From: Nitrosopumilaceae archaeon
GTDB lineage: Archaea; Thermoproteota; Nitrososphaeria; Nitrososphaerales; Nitrosopumilaceae
Length of the DNA: 64,000 nucleotides
NCBI GenBank assembly: GCA_965203465.1
Contig: CBDBCR010000003.1
Location: 448,001 to 512,000 of the forward strand
Reading direction: 5' to 3'
Positions 10,815 to 20,906 of the stretch are shown one piece after another; positions within the stretch are counted from its first letter, which is position 1, and every line of letters begins with the position of its first letter. The translations under genes were made by a program, and so were the position numbers. The notes beneath the pieces are model-generated. The model made no database searches, was not told the DNA's origin, and saw only the letters and a list, made by a program, of their open reading frames with translations.

Positions 10815-11509
10815 TCAGAAAGTCCCCGGTCTGGCGTCGTTTTTTGCCCGTCCGAGGGCCCGGTTTGCGCCTCGGCGGCGCGCCTGATTCCGGTTCAGCG
10901 CGCGCACGTTCCACGTTGCCGCTAGCAGCGCGCCGGGCCTCTCCCGGGCCCCTTTTTCCCGTACCTGCAGAGCAGCCGGTGATCGCTCTGCGCCGGAAGC
11001 GCTTGCCGGCGTTGCGCCTGTTGCCGCGGTTCTCCCCGCTCTGCTCTATGTTGGGCGCATGCCGGTGTCCAAGACGGCCTTGCGGTTCCGATCCGAGCCG
11101 TATTCCCTGTCGGCGTGCAGCCGCCGTACGGCGAAACTTGCGCCCCGTCTTGATTTTTTCAAGCGAGGGCGGCATGCCGGTGTCGGCCACGTTGCTCGGC
11201 GTCACGGCGCATGCGTGGATCACCTGCCTCAGTCTCTTGCGCGCGGGCTCGGGCGGCGGTTCTTTCCTCGCCATGTATTTGCAGCCGATGACGGAATCTT
11301 TTTCCGAGGCGCGCGCTACGCGGCACCCGACCCGGTAGCCGTCTTGCCGTTGGTGCTTCAGTTGCAGGATAGCGCTGGCCGCGATCAGTAAGCGCGGCGG
11401 TTGGAATAAATCGGCCGTTTGCCGAAAAAAACCGAGCCGCCGGCCCCCGTAGGCGCCAGGCCTCGGATGCGCCCAAATCCGCCATTCCGGGGAATTGCGC
11501 AACGGCCCC
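10815..11509 (-). mobile_element. Degenerate IS5-like element remnant (copy A of the MITE family)
   Basis: End GGGGCCGTTGCGCAATTC (reverse complement of 11492-11509); about 190 bp similar to 35030-35220; internal VIHACAVTPSNVAD resembles the IS5/IS4 DDE motif VTxANxxD; left boundary approximate. Confidence 0.65.
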
Positions 11510-11570
11510 GGAGCGCCCGGGGGCGCGCCGCGGGGCAAGGAATTTAACCGCCCCATCTGCACGTCAGCCT

Positions 11571-12074
11571 ATGAGCGCCACGCTTGCGGCCGAAACGCCC
11601 GTGCTACCCCGGTTCATAAAGTACCTGGAAAGGGAGAACTTGGCCGAGTTCGACATACTCGGGGACGGCGATTCCTGCTTGTGGAACTGGTTCAAGATCC
11701 AAAAGTACGCGTTTCTCGCAAAGCGCTTCGGGCTGGACTTGCCGTACGAGCACGACATTTGCCTGTGGGGGCCGTATTCCCAGATCATGGGGGACGAGTG
11801 CTGGGACTTGGCGGAAAACAGGGATCGGTACGACGGGGCCCGGCCAGAGCTGCCGCAAGAGTTCCGCAACGACGAGTTCCTCGACTTCGTCCGGGGCAGG
11901 AGCAACGACTGGCTACAGATAGCCACCACGCTGCTGGATATGAGGGAATACATCTCGAAAAGGGACGATCTCGTGGAAAACACCGAAAGTATCAACATGG
12001 GCATCACGCGGGAATTCGTAGACGGCACCCTGCGCGACTTGGAAAGCGCTAACTTGATCGAATGTAGCCAATGA
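11571..12074 (+). CDS. Hypothetical protein resembling YwgA/SocA(Panacea)-like antitoxin domains
   Basis: FKIQKYAFLA and WGPYS motifs; TTTAA at 11543; lower GC. Confidence 0.65.
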   Translation: MSATLAAETPVLPRFIKYLERENLAEFDILGDGDSCLWNWFKIQKYAFLAKRFGLDLPYEHDICLWGPYSQIMGDECWDLAENRDRYDGARPELPQEFRNDEFLDFVRGRSNDWLQIATTLLDMREYISKRDDLVENTESINMGITREFVDGTLRDLESANLIECSQ

Positions 12075-12537
12075 TCTGTAATTTTTCGTTACGAAGGCCT
12101 CTAGATCTAAGTTTTTGTTCGTGTTCTTTAATCACCTTGCTGTAAAGCATTTTTGTGTCTTTCGTAAAGAGGAATTTCGAATAGGGATCTGCCATCATCT
12201 GGGCCAGTATCATGGTGTCCGTGGCGTCGAGGCGCTCGTCCCTCTTCCTCAGATCCTCCATGATCGCGAACGCCCCCTTGGGCGCCGGAGGCAGGGATCT
12301 GCGCGCGTCGATCCCGTACTTTTGGAGCGTGCGGTCGAGTTTGTCCAGCATGCCTTCGTGCCCGTCCCGCGCGAGTATCTTGGAGACGGTCTCGCCCAGG
12401 ACCGTCTGAGGCACGAGTACCTCGAAACCGCCCCTGCTTAGCGTGTACAAGAGGTGCTCGGCAGCCGCTTTATTGTGTCTCCCAAACACCACGGCCAGCA
12501 AATAGTACGAGTCAAGGTACGCGCGGGAGGTTCCCAT
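12049..12537 (-). CDS. PIN-domain (VapC-like) ribonuclease
   Basis: AYLDSYYL, TVLGET, LDATDTMILA and LFTKD acidic PIN motifs. Confidence 0.82.
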   Translation of the reverse strand: MGTSRAYLDSYYLLAVVFGRHNKAAAEHLLYTLSRGGFEVLVPQTVLGETVSKILARDGHEGMLDKLDRTLQKYGIDARRSLPPAPKGAFAIMEDLRKRDERLDATDTMILAQMMADPYSKFLFTKDTKMLYSKVIKEHEQKLRSRGLRNEKLQIIGYIRSS

Positions 12538-12579
12538 GCGGAGCGCCCACAGGTTCTGTTTTTAACGGTATCTGCTGAC

Positions 12580-12807
12580 GGGGCTGTTGCAGGATTCCCC
12601 CGTGAATCGTCTGGCGAGTGCTGTCGTTTTCCGGTTTCGGCGGCAAGTGCGGGGACGGATTCTAGAGGCATGGTTCCGGCCAGTCCGGGCCCAGCGTCTT
12701 GCAGTCTGCGCAGCTGCCGGCACAGCGGCCGTTTGCGCGGCGCGCCGGATCCGGCTCGTCCTTCAGACGCGCCCAAATACGTCACCGGAGAATTGCGCAA
12801 CGGCCCC
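12580..12807. mobile_element. MITE-like element (copy B, 228 bp)
   Basis: Imperfect TIRs GGGGCTGTTGCAGGATTC (12580-12597) and GAATTGCGCAACGGCCCC (12790-12807); ends similar to copies A and C. Confidence 0.72.
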
Positions 12808-12922
12808 GGCTCGCCCTCCGCCCGGCGCGCGCCCTGACCTGAACCCGCGCTCGCGCGTCCGGGGCGGCAAGTCCGCCGCGCGCGCTCAACGGTTTTATAG
12901 ACACGCGCCGGCCCCGCCCGCG

Positions 12923-14161
12923 TTGAGCAGGGTAAAGGACGGCAGGCTCGCCCCGAAGGGCAGGCTGGCCTACGAGTGGGCGCGCTCGCACATGGAGATA
13001 CTGGACAACACGATATCCCGCCTGAAACCCAAAAAGCCCCTAAAGGGGGTCACGCTCGGCTTTTGCCTGCACGTGACGAAAGAGACGTCCGTGCTGCTGA
13101 TGGGCGCGCGCGAGCTCGGCGCCGAGGTGGCCGCGTGCGGCGGCAACCCGCTGACCACGCAGGACGACGTGGCCGCCTTTCTTGCGTCCCAAAAGATACA
13201 CACGTACGCCTGGTCGGGCCAGAGCGCCAAAGACTACGACTGGTGCATATCGCAGGTGCTCGGGCACCGCCCGTCCATACTGACCGACGACGGGGCCGAC
13301 ATGAACGTAAAGGCGCACTTTGACAAGAGATTCTCAAAGCTTCCCGTCATGGGCGCCACCGAGGAGACCACCGCGGGGGTCACCCGCATACGCGCCATCG
13401 AAAAGCAGGGCCGCCTGCGCTACCCCGTGATACTGGTCAACGACGCGCACACCAAGCACATGTTCGACAACAGGTACGGCACCGGTCAGAGCACCATCGA
13501 CGGGTTTTTGCGCGCCACCAACCTGCTCATAGCCGCAAAGCGCGTGGTCGTCGCCGGCTACGGGTGGGTGGGCAAGGGCGTGGCCTCGAGGTTCGCCGGC
13601 ATGGGCGCGCGCGTCTGCGTCACCGAGGTGGATCCGGTCAGGGCGCTCGAGGCCCACATGGACGGCTACGAAGTGCTCCCCATGTCGCGCGCGTGCAGGA
13701 CGGGCCAGATGTTCGTCACCTGCACGGGCATGGCCGGCGTCGTACGCAGGGAGCACATGGAGGCCATGCCCGACGGGGCCATACTCGGCAACGTCGGGCA
13801 CTTTGACGTCGAGATAGACACCGACTTCCTGCTCAAAAAGTCAAAGTCAGTCAGGGAGGTGCGCCCCAACCTGGACGAGTGCGTGCTGCGCGGCGGGAAA
13901 AAGATCTACCTGGTCGGCAAGGGCAGGCTGGCCAACCTGGTCGCCGCCGAGGGCCACCCGCCCGAGGTCATGGCCCAGTCGTTCTCCAACCAGCTGCTCT
14001 CGATACTGTACATCCTCAAGAACCACAAAAAGATGCCCAACAAGACCGTGCCGGTCCCCGAGCAGATCGACGTCCAGGTGGCCAGGGACGCGCTGGCGGC
14101 CATGGAGATAAGGATAGACCGCCTGTCCGCCGAGCAGAAAAGGTACGCCTCGAGCTGGTAG
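12923..14161 (+). CDS. ahcY: Adenosylhomocysteinase
   Basis: CLHVTKET, NPLTTQDDVAA, EETTAG, KHMFDNRYGTGQS, GYGWVGKG and EGHP; TTG start, TTTTATA at 12893. Confidence 0.97.
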   Translation: MSRVKDGRLAPKGRLAYEWARSHMEILDNTISRLKPKKPLKGVTLGFCLHVTKETSVLLMGARELGAEVAACGGNPLTTQDDVAAFLASQKIHTYAWSGQSAKDYDWCISQVLGHRPSILTDDGADMNVKAHFDKRFSKLPVMGATEETTAGVTRIRAIEKQGRLRYPVILVNDAHTKHMFDNRYGTGQSTIDGFLRATNLLIAAKRVVVAGYGWVGKGVASRFAGMGARVCVTEVDPVRALEAHMDGYEVLPMSRACRTGQMFVTCTGMAGVVRREHMEAMPDGAILGNVGHFDVEIDTDFLLKKSKSVREVRPNLDECVLRGGKKIYLVGKGRLANLVAAEGHPPEVMAQSFSNQLLSILYILKNHKKMPNKTVPVPEQIDVQVARDALAAMEIRIDRLSAEQKRYASSW

Positions 14162-14290
14162 GCTCAGCCGTACATCATCGGCTCTTCGGTCTCAAAGTCG
14201 CGGATCAGCCGGTACCCCCGGCGCTTGGGCTCGACGTATGCCACGGATACGGGAGGCCGCGCGCAAGGTATTAAACACCATCAGCTTACT

Positions 14291-15046
14291 ATGCTTACTG
14301 TGAATAACGAAAATCTGCGCGTCCACGTGGCCCCCATAGGCTTCGAGATAGACCGCGTCGTCATGCCCGCATCGGAGCGCAGGGCCGACAGGGTCTGGCT
14401 TTTGGTGCACGACAACCCCGCCGAGGACAGGGCGCTGGGCTTTGTGGAAGAGGTGCGCGCCGGCCTCGAAGAGGCAAAGATAGAGGTCAGGACCGAGAGC
14501 CACGACCGCCTCGACCTGTTCGGGATAATCCGGGCCGTAAAGAACGTCATAGGCGAGGAGCGCGGCAACCACGTCTACGTGAACCTGGCCTCGGGCTCCA
14601 AGATACAGGCCATAGGGTGCATGATGGCCTGCATGATGTTCAACTCGGGCCGCAACGTGTACCCGTTCTACGCGGAAGCCGAGACGTACCACGGTAGCGG
14701 CGCCATATCGAGCGGCATCCGGGAGATAAAGGATCTGCCCTCCTACGAGATACGCGTACCCGACGCCCGCCTCGTCTCGGCCCTGGAGCGCATCATCGAA
14801 TCGGGCGGGCGCATGACCAAGAAGGACCTGGCCGCGTCGGCCGAGGATGCGGGCCTGATCAAGGTCAACTCCGAAAAAAACGCGCCGCAGGCCAGGTTCG
14901 CGAGCCTCGACAAGAACATCATACAGCCGCTGCTCGGGTGGGGGTTCGTCGAGGTCGAAAAGGTCGGCAGGACCAGGTACGTCTCGGCCACGGGGTACGG
15001 GCGCGGCGCGGCGGCGTTCCTTTCGGGCCGGGCCCAAGGTTCTTAA
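14291..15046 (+). CDS. DUF6293-like protein (CARF/Rossmann-like N-terminus, C-terminal winged HTH)
   Basis: RVHVAPIGFEIDRVV, YVNLASGSK and C-terminal wHTH-like region; TATA at about 14269. Confidence 0.75.
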   Translation: MLTVNNENLRVHVAPIGFEIDRVVMPASERRADRVWLLVHDNPAEDRALGFVEEVRAGLEEAKIEVRTESHDRLDLFGIIRAVKNVIGEERGNHVYVNLASGSKIQAIGCMMACMMFNSGRNVYPFYAEAETYHGSGAISSGIREIKDLPSYEIRVPDARLVSALERIIESGGRMTKKDLAASAEDAGLIKVNSEKNAPQARFASLDKNIIQPLLGWGFVEVEKVGRTRYVSATGYGRGAAAFLSGRAQGS

Positions 15047-15069
15047 CGGAGCGGCCGGATTCGCGCGCC

Positions 15070-16668
15070 GTGGACAGGGCGATAATAACCAGCGCGCTGC
15101 CGTACGCCAACGGCGAGATACACCTGGGGCACGTGGCCTCGACGTACCTGCCGGCCGACGTGACCGCCAGGTTTCTGCGCCAGCGCGGCGCCGAGGCATA
15201 CCACGTCTGCGCCTCGGACGACTTTGGCACGCCCATACTGGTGCAGGCCGAAAAGGAGGGCAAGAGCCCACAAGAGTACGTGGCCCACTGGAACAGGCGC
15301 GACAGGGAGGACTTTGAATCCCTGGGCATAAGGTTCGACGCGTTCTCCGGGACCAGCTCTGCAAGGAACGTGAGGTTCGTCCAGGAGGTGTACGAAAAGC
15401 TGAAGAAAGCCGGCCACATCTACGAAAAGAGCGTCGTGCGCCCGTACTGCGAGAGGGACGGAAAGTTCCTGCCCGACAGGTACGTGAAAGGGACGTGCCC
15501 CTCGTGCGGGGCCGCCGACCAGTACTCGGACCTGTGCGAGAGCTGCGGCACCGTGCCAGAAAGGATACTGGACCCGCGCTGCGCCATATGCGGCGCCGAG
15601 CCGGTCCGGCGTTCGACCGAGCACAAGTTCTTCAGGCTGAGCGACTTTTCGGGCAGGCTCAAGGAGTGGCTCGACGGGGCGCCCCTGCAGGAGGACGTCA
15701 AGAGGTACGTCTCGGGGTGGATAGAAAAGGGCCTCGAGGACTGGGACATCACGCGCGACATATCGTGGGGCGTGCCGGTGCCCGACTCGGAGGGCAGCGT
15801 CTTTTACGGCTGGTTCGACAACCACCTCGCGTACATTTCGGCGGCCACCGGCATGCTCGAGCAGAGGGGCATCGACGGCAGGGAGTTCTGGAACTCGTCG
15901 CGCATATACCACTTTATCGGCAAGGACATCGCCTACCACCACTACCTGCTGGTGCCGGCCGTGCGCATGGGCATCGGAAAAGAGTACAAGCTGCCCGACC
16001 GGATACCCACCCGGGGCCACCTGACCCTCGAGGGGCGCAAGATCTCCAAGAGCCGCGGCTGGTACATCGGCCTGCGGCAGTTCCTGTCGGAGTACAGGCC
16101 CGACTACCTGAGGTACTACCTGCTGGCCATAGGGCCGTACTCGCAGGACGACCTCAACTTCGACTGGGGCGACTTTGCGACCAGGGTCAACTCGGAGCTG
16201 ATAGGGAACTTCGGCAACCTGGTCAACCGCGCGCTGGGGTTCGCGTCAAAAAAGTTCGGCGGGGTGCCCGAGCCCGGAAAGTTCTCCGAGGAGGACGAGC
16301 GGGCGCGCGAGGCGGCCGCAGGGATGCCGGGCGCCGTCGGGGATCTCTTGGAGGCGGGCCACACCGACAGGGCCCTGCACAGGCTGATGGACTTTTCCTC
16401 GTCGGTCAACGGGTACTTTCAGCGCTGCGAGCCCTGGAAGGGCGGGCCCGAATCTGCCACGTGCGTGTACGTGGCGGTCAACTCGGTGCGCTCGCTGGCG
16501 GTGTGCGCAAACCCGTTCATCCCGCACTCGGCGCGCGCCGTCTGGGGGCAGCTCAACCTGGACGGATCCCCAGAGGCGCCGTGGGACGGGGCCGGCGGCT
16601 TCGCGGTCGGGGCCGGCCACCAGCTCGGCAGCGTGGCGCCGGTCTTCGAGCCGGTGGTGCCGAAATGA
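15070..16668 (+). CDS. metG: Methionine-tRNA ligase
   Basis: SALPYANGEIHLGH, zinc-knuckle cysteines, YGWFD and KISKS. Confidence 0.97.
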   Translation: MDRAIITSALPYANGEIHLGHVASTYLPADVTARFLRQRGAEAYHVCASDDFGTPILVQAEKEGKSPQEYVAHWNRRDREDFESLGIRFDAFSGTSSARNVRFVQEVYEKLKKAGHIYEKSVVRPYCERDGKFLPDRYVKGTCPSCGAADQYSDLCESCGTVPERILDPRCAICGAEPVRRSTEHKFFRLSDFSGRLKEWLDGAPLQEDVKRYVSGWIEKGLEDWDITRDISWGVPVPDSEGSVFYGWFDNHLAYISAATGMLEQRGIDGREFWNSSRIYHFIGKDIAYHHYLLVPAVRMGIGKEYKLPDRIPTRGHLTLEGRKISKSRGWYIGLRQFLSEYRPDYLRYYLLAIGPYSQDDLNFDWGDFATRVNSELIGNFGNLVNRALGFASKKFGGVPEPGKFSEEDERAREAAAGMPGAVGDLLEAGHTDRALHRLMDFSSSVNGYFQRCEPWKGGPESATCVYVAVNSVRSLAVCANPFIPHSARAVWGQLNLDGSPEAPWDGAGGFAVGAGHQLGSVAPVFEPVVPK

Positions 16669-17372
16669 GGCGCGTGCCGCGCGTCTCGACGCGCGGATTC
16701 TACGACCTGCGCACCGCCGGCGTGATCGAGCGCGGGTACCGCGCGTACCCGCGGTACTTTTTCGACGATCCCGGCCCCGAGATGGCCGTGATGATACACG
16801 GGATGCGCAACGACGCGCGCGGCGCGCTCAAAAAGTTCGAGAGCGCCGGCAGGATGCTCAAGCGCTGCGGGTACCGGCACGGCGCGGTCGGGTTCAGCTA
16901 CGACGCCGACGTGCCCGAGGGGCCCGGCCAGCTACGCGTGGCCCAAAAGATAGCCGCGCGCAACGGGACCAACCTGGCCCGCTTCGTGCTGGACATGCGC
17001 GGTAAGGGGGCGCGCGTGCGGCTGCTGGGCCACTCGCTAGGCTCGGTGGTGGCCCTCTCGGCGGTGCGCAGGCTGGGCAAGCTGGCGGGCGGGCGCGGCG
17101 CGCTGGAGTCGGTCCACCTGTTCGGCGCCTCGCTCGAGGCCGCCGAGGCGCGCGCGGCGTGCCCGGCGCTGCGGCGCGTGTGCAGGCGCGGGCTGATCAA
17201 CGTCTATTCCGCGTCGGATCCGGTCCTTGCCGAGGGGCTCGGGGCGGGCGAGCTTGAAATGCCCGTCGGGCTCCGGGCCTGCCGGCCCTGCCGGAACTGG
17301 ACCGACAGGAAGTCCAGGCCCGCGGGGCACAGGTTCGCCCAGTACGCGCGGGCCACGCGCAGGTACCCCTAG
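16665..17372 (+). CDS. Alpha/beta hydrolase family protein
   Basis: IHG and GHSLG nucleophile elbow, YSASD, C-terminal His; ATGA overlap with metG. Confidence 0.8.
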   Translation: MRRVPRVSTRGFYDLRTAGVIERGYRAYPRYFFDDPGPEMAVMIHGMRNDARGALKKFESAGRMLKRCGYRHGAVGFSYDADVPEGPGQLRVAQKIAARNGTNLARFVLDMRGKGARVRLLGHSLGSVVALSAVRRLGKLAGGRGALESVHLFGASLEAAEARAACPALRRVCRRGLINVYSASDPVLAEGLGAGELEMPVGLRACRPCRNWTDRKSRPAGHRFAQYARATRRYP

Positions 17373-19093
17373 TAGTAGCGCGCCTTTACCTTCTCGATGA
17401 CGCGCTCGTGCTCGCGCCCCTTTTTGCGCGCGTACCTCTCCATGGCTCCCAGCGGCACGCCGCCCAGCGAGCGCGCTATCAGGTTGAACAGGTACCGCTG
17501 CGGGCCCTTGCCGCCCGTCTTGGTCATGAACTTGCGTATGCCGTACTTGAAGTTGTGCTGCCACGTCTTGTACATGACGCCCAGCTGCGCCGGATCCATC
17601 TCGTTGCCGATGTTGAAAAAGTCCGACTTTTCCAGCAGGCCTATGGGCACGAATGTGAGCGGCGTGGTGGTGAACATGGAGTCGGGCTGCTCCTGCTCCA
17701 GCTCGTGTATTATGCGGATGGTCTCCCAGGAATCCTCGGGCGTCTCGTCGTTGTCGAGGCCCATTATCAGCGTGAACGCGGGCACCCAGTAGTTCTCGTT
17801 GAGCGTCTTTACGCCCTCTTTTACGACCCAGTGCCACTCGTCGGGCCTGTATGGGGCGAGCTTGCGGTCGGCGTACTTTTCTATCAGGCGCAGGCTGCCC
17901 GTCTCGAAGCCGCACTGTATGCCGGTCATGTTGTCCGGCCCCGAATTTATTATGCGCGACAGGTTGGGGATGAGCTTTTCGTCGGCGATGGCGCCGGCCA
18001 GCGTGCCGTGCGTTGGGTTGGTGTGCCTTATGCCCGTGGACATTATGGCCGTGAACAGCTCCTCGAGCGCCTCGCGGTTTGGCTCCATGCCCTTCGTGGT
18101 GGTCGGATCGAGGCCGTAGACGAATATGTCGTCGCTGTGCACCCAGGCCGAGGTGGAGCCTCCCTTCTTTAGGTTGACCTCGATCTCGCGCTTTACCTTT
18201 TCCGGAGGATAGTACCGCAGGGAGCGCAGCGTGACGTCGCAGAACTTGCACCCGCGCCCGCACCCGCGCATGACCTCTATCATGCCGTGCATGCTCGGCT
18301 CGACGATCTCTGGTATCTCGTCGATGTCGGGCCGGTCCCAAAAGTTGACGAACCTGCCGTGGATCTTTTCGCCGCCGCGGTCGAACTCCTTGATGTTGAC
18401 CTTGAAGTCGCTGCGCTTGCGGAACGGATCCATGTTCTCAAAGTCCCCTTTTATCAGGTAGTCGAAGAAGCGCCCCGCGTGCCCGTCTATCTCGGGGGCG
18501 ATGCCGCCCAGCTCGCCCTCCAGTATCGCGTACAGGCCGTACTCGCCTATCTTTTCGGGGGCGTAGTTGTACTGCCACGTGCCCGAGGCGCCGGCTATGA
18601 CCTTGGCCCGGCTGCCCGTCCTCTTTTTGGCCGCGTTGATGCGGCGGTGCAGCTCTGCGTTGTAGAACTCGTCGTACGATATCTGCTTGCGGCCGTAGGT
18701 GAACGTCATGGTGACCGGCCCCATCCCGAGCGGGTCCATCTCGTAGGTGCCGACCACCTCGGTCTCGGGGCCGATGAACTTCTCGATGTGGTCTGGGTGG
18801 GCCACCACCACGTCCTCCCTCCCGTACCCGTCGCGCAGCAGGCCCGCCTCTACCTTGCGGAGGCCGTAGGGCGCGTAGTCGGCCACGCCGTTGGTGTGCG
18901 GGATGTAGTTGCAGATAAAGTCGAACAGCACCTTGGGGGTGACCTGGTTGCCGAGCACCTTGTACCAAAAGCTCTTCTTGTCCCGGTGGGGGTCGATTGC
19001 CGGCGCGCAGCCGAAGAAGGTGGCAAGCGAGAGCTTGCGGTAGGGCGACATGAGCGTGCGGTCGGCCGTGAGCACTATCTTGGGGGAGCCCAT
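17369..19093 (-). CDS. B12-binding-type radical SAM protein
   Basis: RGCGRGCKFC CxxxCxxC motif, APYGLRKVEA and GFETGS. Confidence 0.88.
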   Translation of the reverse strand: MGSPKIVLTADRTLMSPYRKLSLATFFGCAPAIDPHRDKKSFWYKVLGNQVTPKVLFDFICNYIPHTNGVADYAPYGLRKVEAGLLRDGYGREDVVVAHPDHIEKFIGPETEVVGTYEMDPLGMGPVTMTFTYGRKQISYDEFYNAELHRRINAAKKRTGSRAKVIAGASGTWQYNYAPEKIGEYGLYAILEGELGGIAPEIDGHAGRFFDYLIKGDFENMDPFRKRSDFKVNIKEFDRGGEKIHGRFVNFWDRPDIDEIPEIVEPSMHGMIEVMRGCGRGCKFCDVTLRSLRYYPPEKVKREIEVNLKKGGSTSAWVHSDDIFVYGLDPTTTKGMEPNREALEELFTAIMSTGIRHTNPTHGTLAGAIADEKLIPNLSRIINSGPDNMTGIQCGFETGSLRLIEKYADRKLAPYRPDEWHWVVKEGVKTLNENYWVPAFTLIMGLDNDETPEDSWETIRIIHELEQEQPDSMFTTTPLTFVPIGLLEKSDFFNIGNEMDPAQLGVMYKTWQHNFKYGIRKFMTKTGGKGPQRYLFNLIARSLGGVPLGAMERYARKKGREHERVIEKVKARYY

Positions 19094-19321
19094 GGTAGCC
19101 CGGGCGCCCACGGATTCGCTTTAAACCTTGGCTTCGGGCGCGCCCCGTTTCAAGGACGTAAAACCGGCGCCGGGCAAAAGTGCGGGCTGCGCGGATTCCC
19201 GCCTGGCCAAAGCCGGCAAGGCGGGCGCCGGCCTGCCGGAAACCGGACGTCTCGCGCAGGCACCGCGCCCTTTACCCAGCGCGAACCGGCCCGCCAAGAC
19301 CGGCGCCTTGGCGCGATCGCG

Positions 19322-20722
19322 TTAGCGTGAGCCGTCCATGCGATCCTGTATCGCTAGAAAGTCGTCATACAGTCTTGCGGTCACCGCCACAAACTCTTCC
19401 GACGACAGGCCCTCCTCTTCGGACACCCGCAGTTCGCGTATGTCGTACCCGGAAGGCACGGGCTTGAACGAGTACGCGCCCACTTCTTGGGGCATGAGAA
19501 AGTCCTTTTTGAGATCGTCGGGAAAGCCGCGGCCACCATCCAACGCGGCGCCGGTCTGAATCAAATTGCTCAACTGCTCCACCACGAATGGGCTATGGGT
19601 TGTGATCAATACTTTCATGCCGCGGCGCACCAGCCTCGCCAGGAACTTGGCCAGCGCGGCCTGCGCGCGCGGATGCAGGTGCGCTTCAGGCTCTTCCAGT
19701 ATGAGCAAGCCCGGTTTTGTAATGACGTGCTTTAGGTACAGCACCAGCGGCGCCGCCCCCGACACGGCAGACGACGCCAGATCCAGCGGAAAAGCTCGCT
19801 TTCCGCTGTAGAACTTTACCTGCGGCGAAATGCCGCGCGCGAGTTCGACCCGTCCGCCGAGTATCTCGCGCTCCATGTCGGAGGCGACGTCGTGGAAGGG
19901 GAGCCTGCCGGAGGGGCGCCCGTGGATTTCCAGCACGTCTGCAACAAAATCCGACACGGCGCCGGAAAGATTCGGCGCGTCAACCTCGCGCGGGCCCGCG
20001 CCCGGAGAGTGCAGGACGATGCTGTCGGACAGTGCGCGCTGTCCCCGCAGTATGCCGGATCTGGAAGCGGGCAGGTAAAACGACGCCAAGGGTTGCATTT
20101 GTGATCGCATCGACCGGAGCGTGCCGGCTATGCTGCTCTCGGAAGGCGCGGGACGGCGGCGCGGCGCATTGCCACAGTCGTCAGAACGCGCAACGAGCGC
20201 CGTCACGGTTCCGGGCACCGCCTTGCCGGCTCTGTGCGCGAATTCGACGCGGAAATCAGAGGGGAGTATCCTGCGCCGGCGGTCGTCTGGAAGGGCGATG
20301 CTGGCCGAAAAATAACCGGTGCGTATTTTCAACGTGCATTTTTTGGCCCCCGCCCTGACCAGAGATCCCAAATCGCGGGAAAAGAACCGCCCGATCCTCT
20401 CATAGGCTTCCCCGACGATCTCGGACGCCAAGTGCTTCGAGATGTCCAGCGCCGCGCGCTTTTCCAGCACCAAGGGCATTTCCTTGCCCAACAAACCGCC
20501 GACCAGTTTCTCGATTCTGGGCGGAGGCGCGGGCGGACGCGCCGCCGGATTCAATATAGAATGCACCATCAGCGCTACGTACGACTTGCCCGAATTGTTG
20601 GGCCCCACCAGCACCGTGATCGGCTTGATCGAGACCTTGCCGGACACGATGGGGCCGAAATTGCGGATTTCCAGATCCAGAGCGCTCCCGGTGTCGGTTT
20701 TGTCAGCCTTGCTCGCCGTCGT
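19322..20722 (-). CDS. ABC-like AAA ATPase (AAA_15/AAA_21 type); canonical start codon missing
   Basis: LEIRNFGPI, GPNNSGKS Walker A, SSAVS signature, EEPEAHLHP and ITTHS; only ACG codons upstream of the conserved N-terminus. Confidence 0.82.
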   Translation of the reverse strand, partial: TTASKADKTDTGSALDLEIRNFGPIVSGKVSIKPITVLVGPNNSGKSYVALMVHSILNPAARPPAPPPRIEKLVGGLLGKEMPLVLEKRAALDISKHLASEIVGEAYERIGRFFSRDLGSLVRAGAKKCTLKIRTGYFSASIALPDDRRRRILPSDFRVEFAHRAGKAVPGTVTALVARSDDCGNAPRRRPAPSESSIAGTLRSMRSQMQPLASFYLPASRSGILRGQRALSDSIVLHSPGAGPREVDAPNLSGAVSDFVADVLEIHGRPSGRLPFHDVASDMEREILGGRVELARGISPQVKFYSGKRAFPLDLASSAVSGAAPLVLYLKHVITKPGLLILEEPEAHLHPRAQAALAKFLARLVRRGMKVLITTHSPFVVEQLSNLIQTGAALDGGRGFPDDLKKDFLMPQEVGAYSFKPVPSGYDIRELRVSEEEGLSSEEFVAVTARLYDDFLAIQDRMDGSR

Positions 20723-20906
20723 GGCCCGCCGGCTCGCGGCAAATATTTAATTTTTCTTGAAGATCGCAGTCAGCCCGAAAGTGGCCAGAACGGGCCCGCC
20801 GAAAGATCCGAAAACGCCCGTCCCGGACGATGCCTTGGCGCAGATGTGAAGGGGCCCCCGGACGGGCTTTATGCGCCTTGGGTTGGCCGGAGGCGCAGGC
20901 ATGGAA

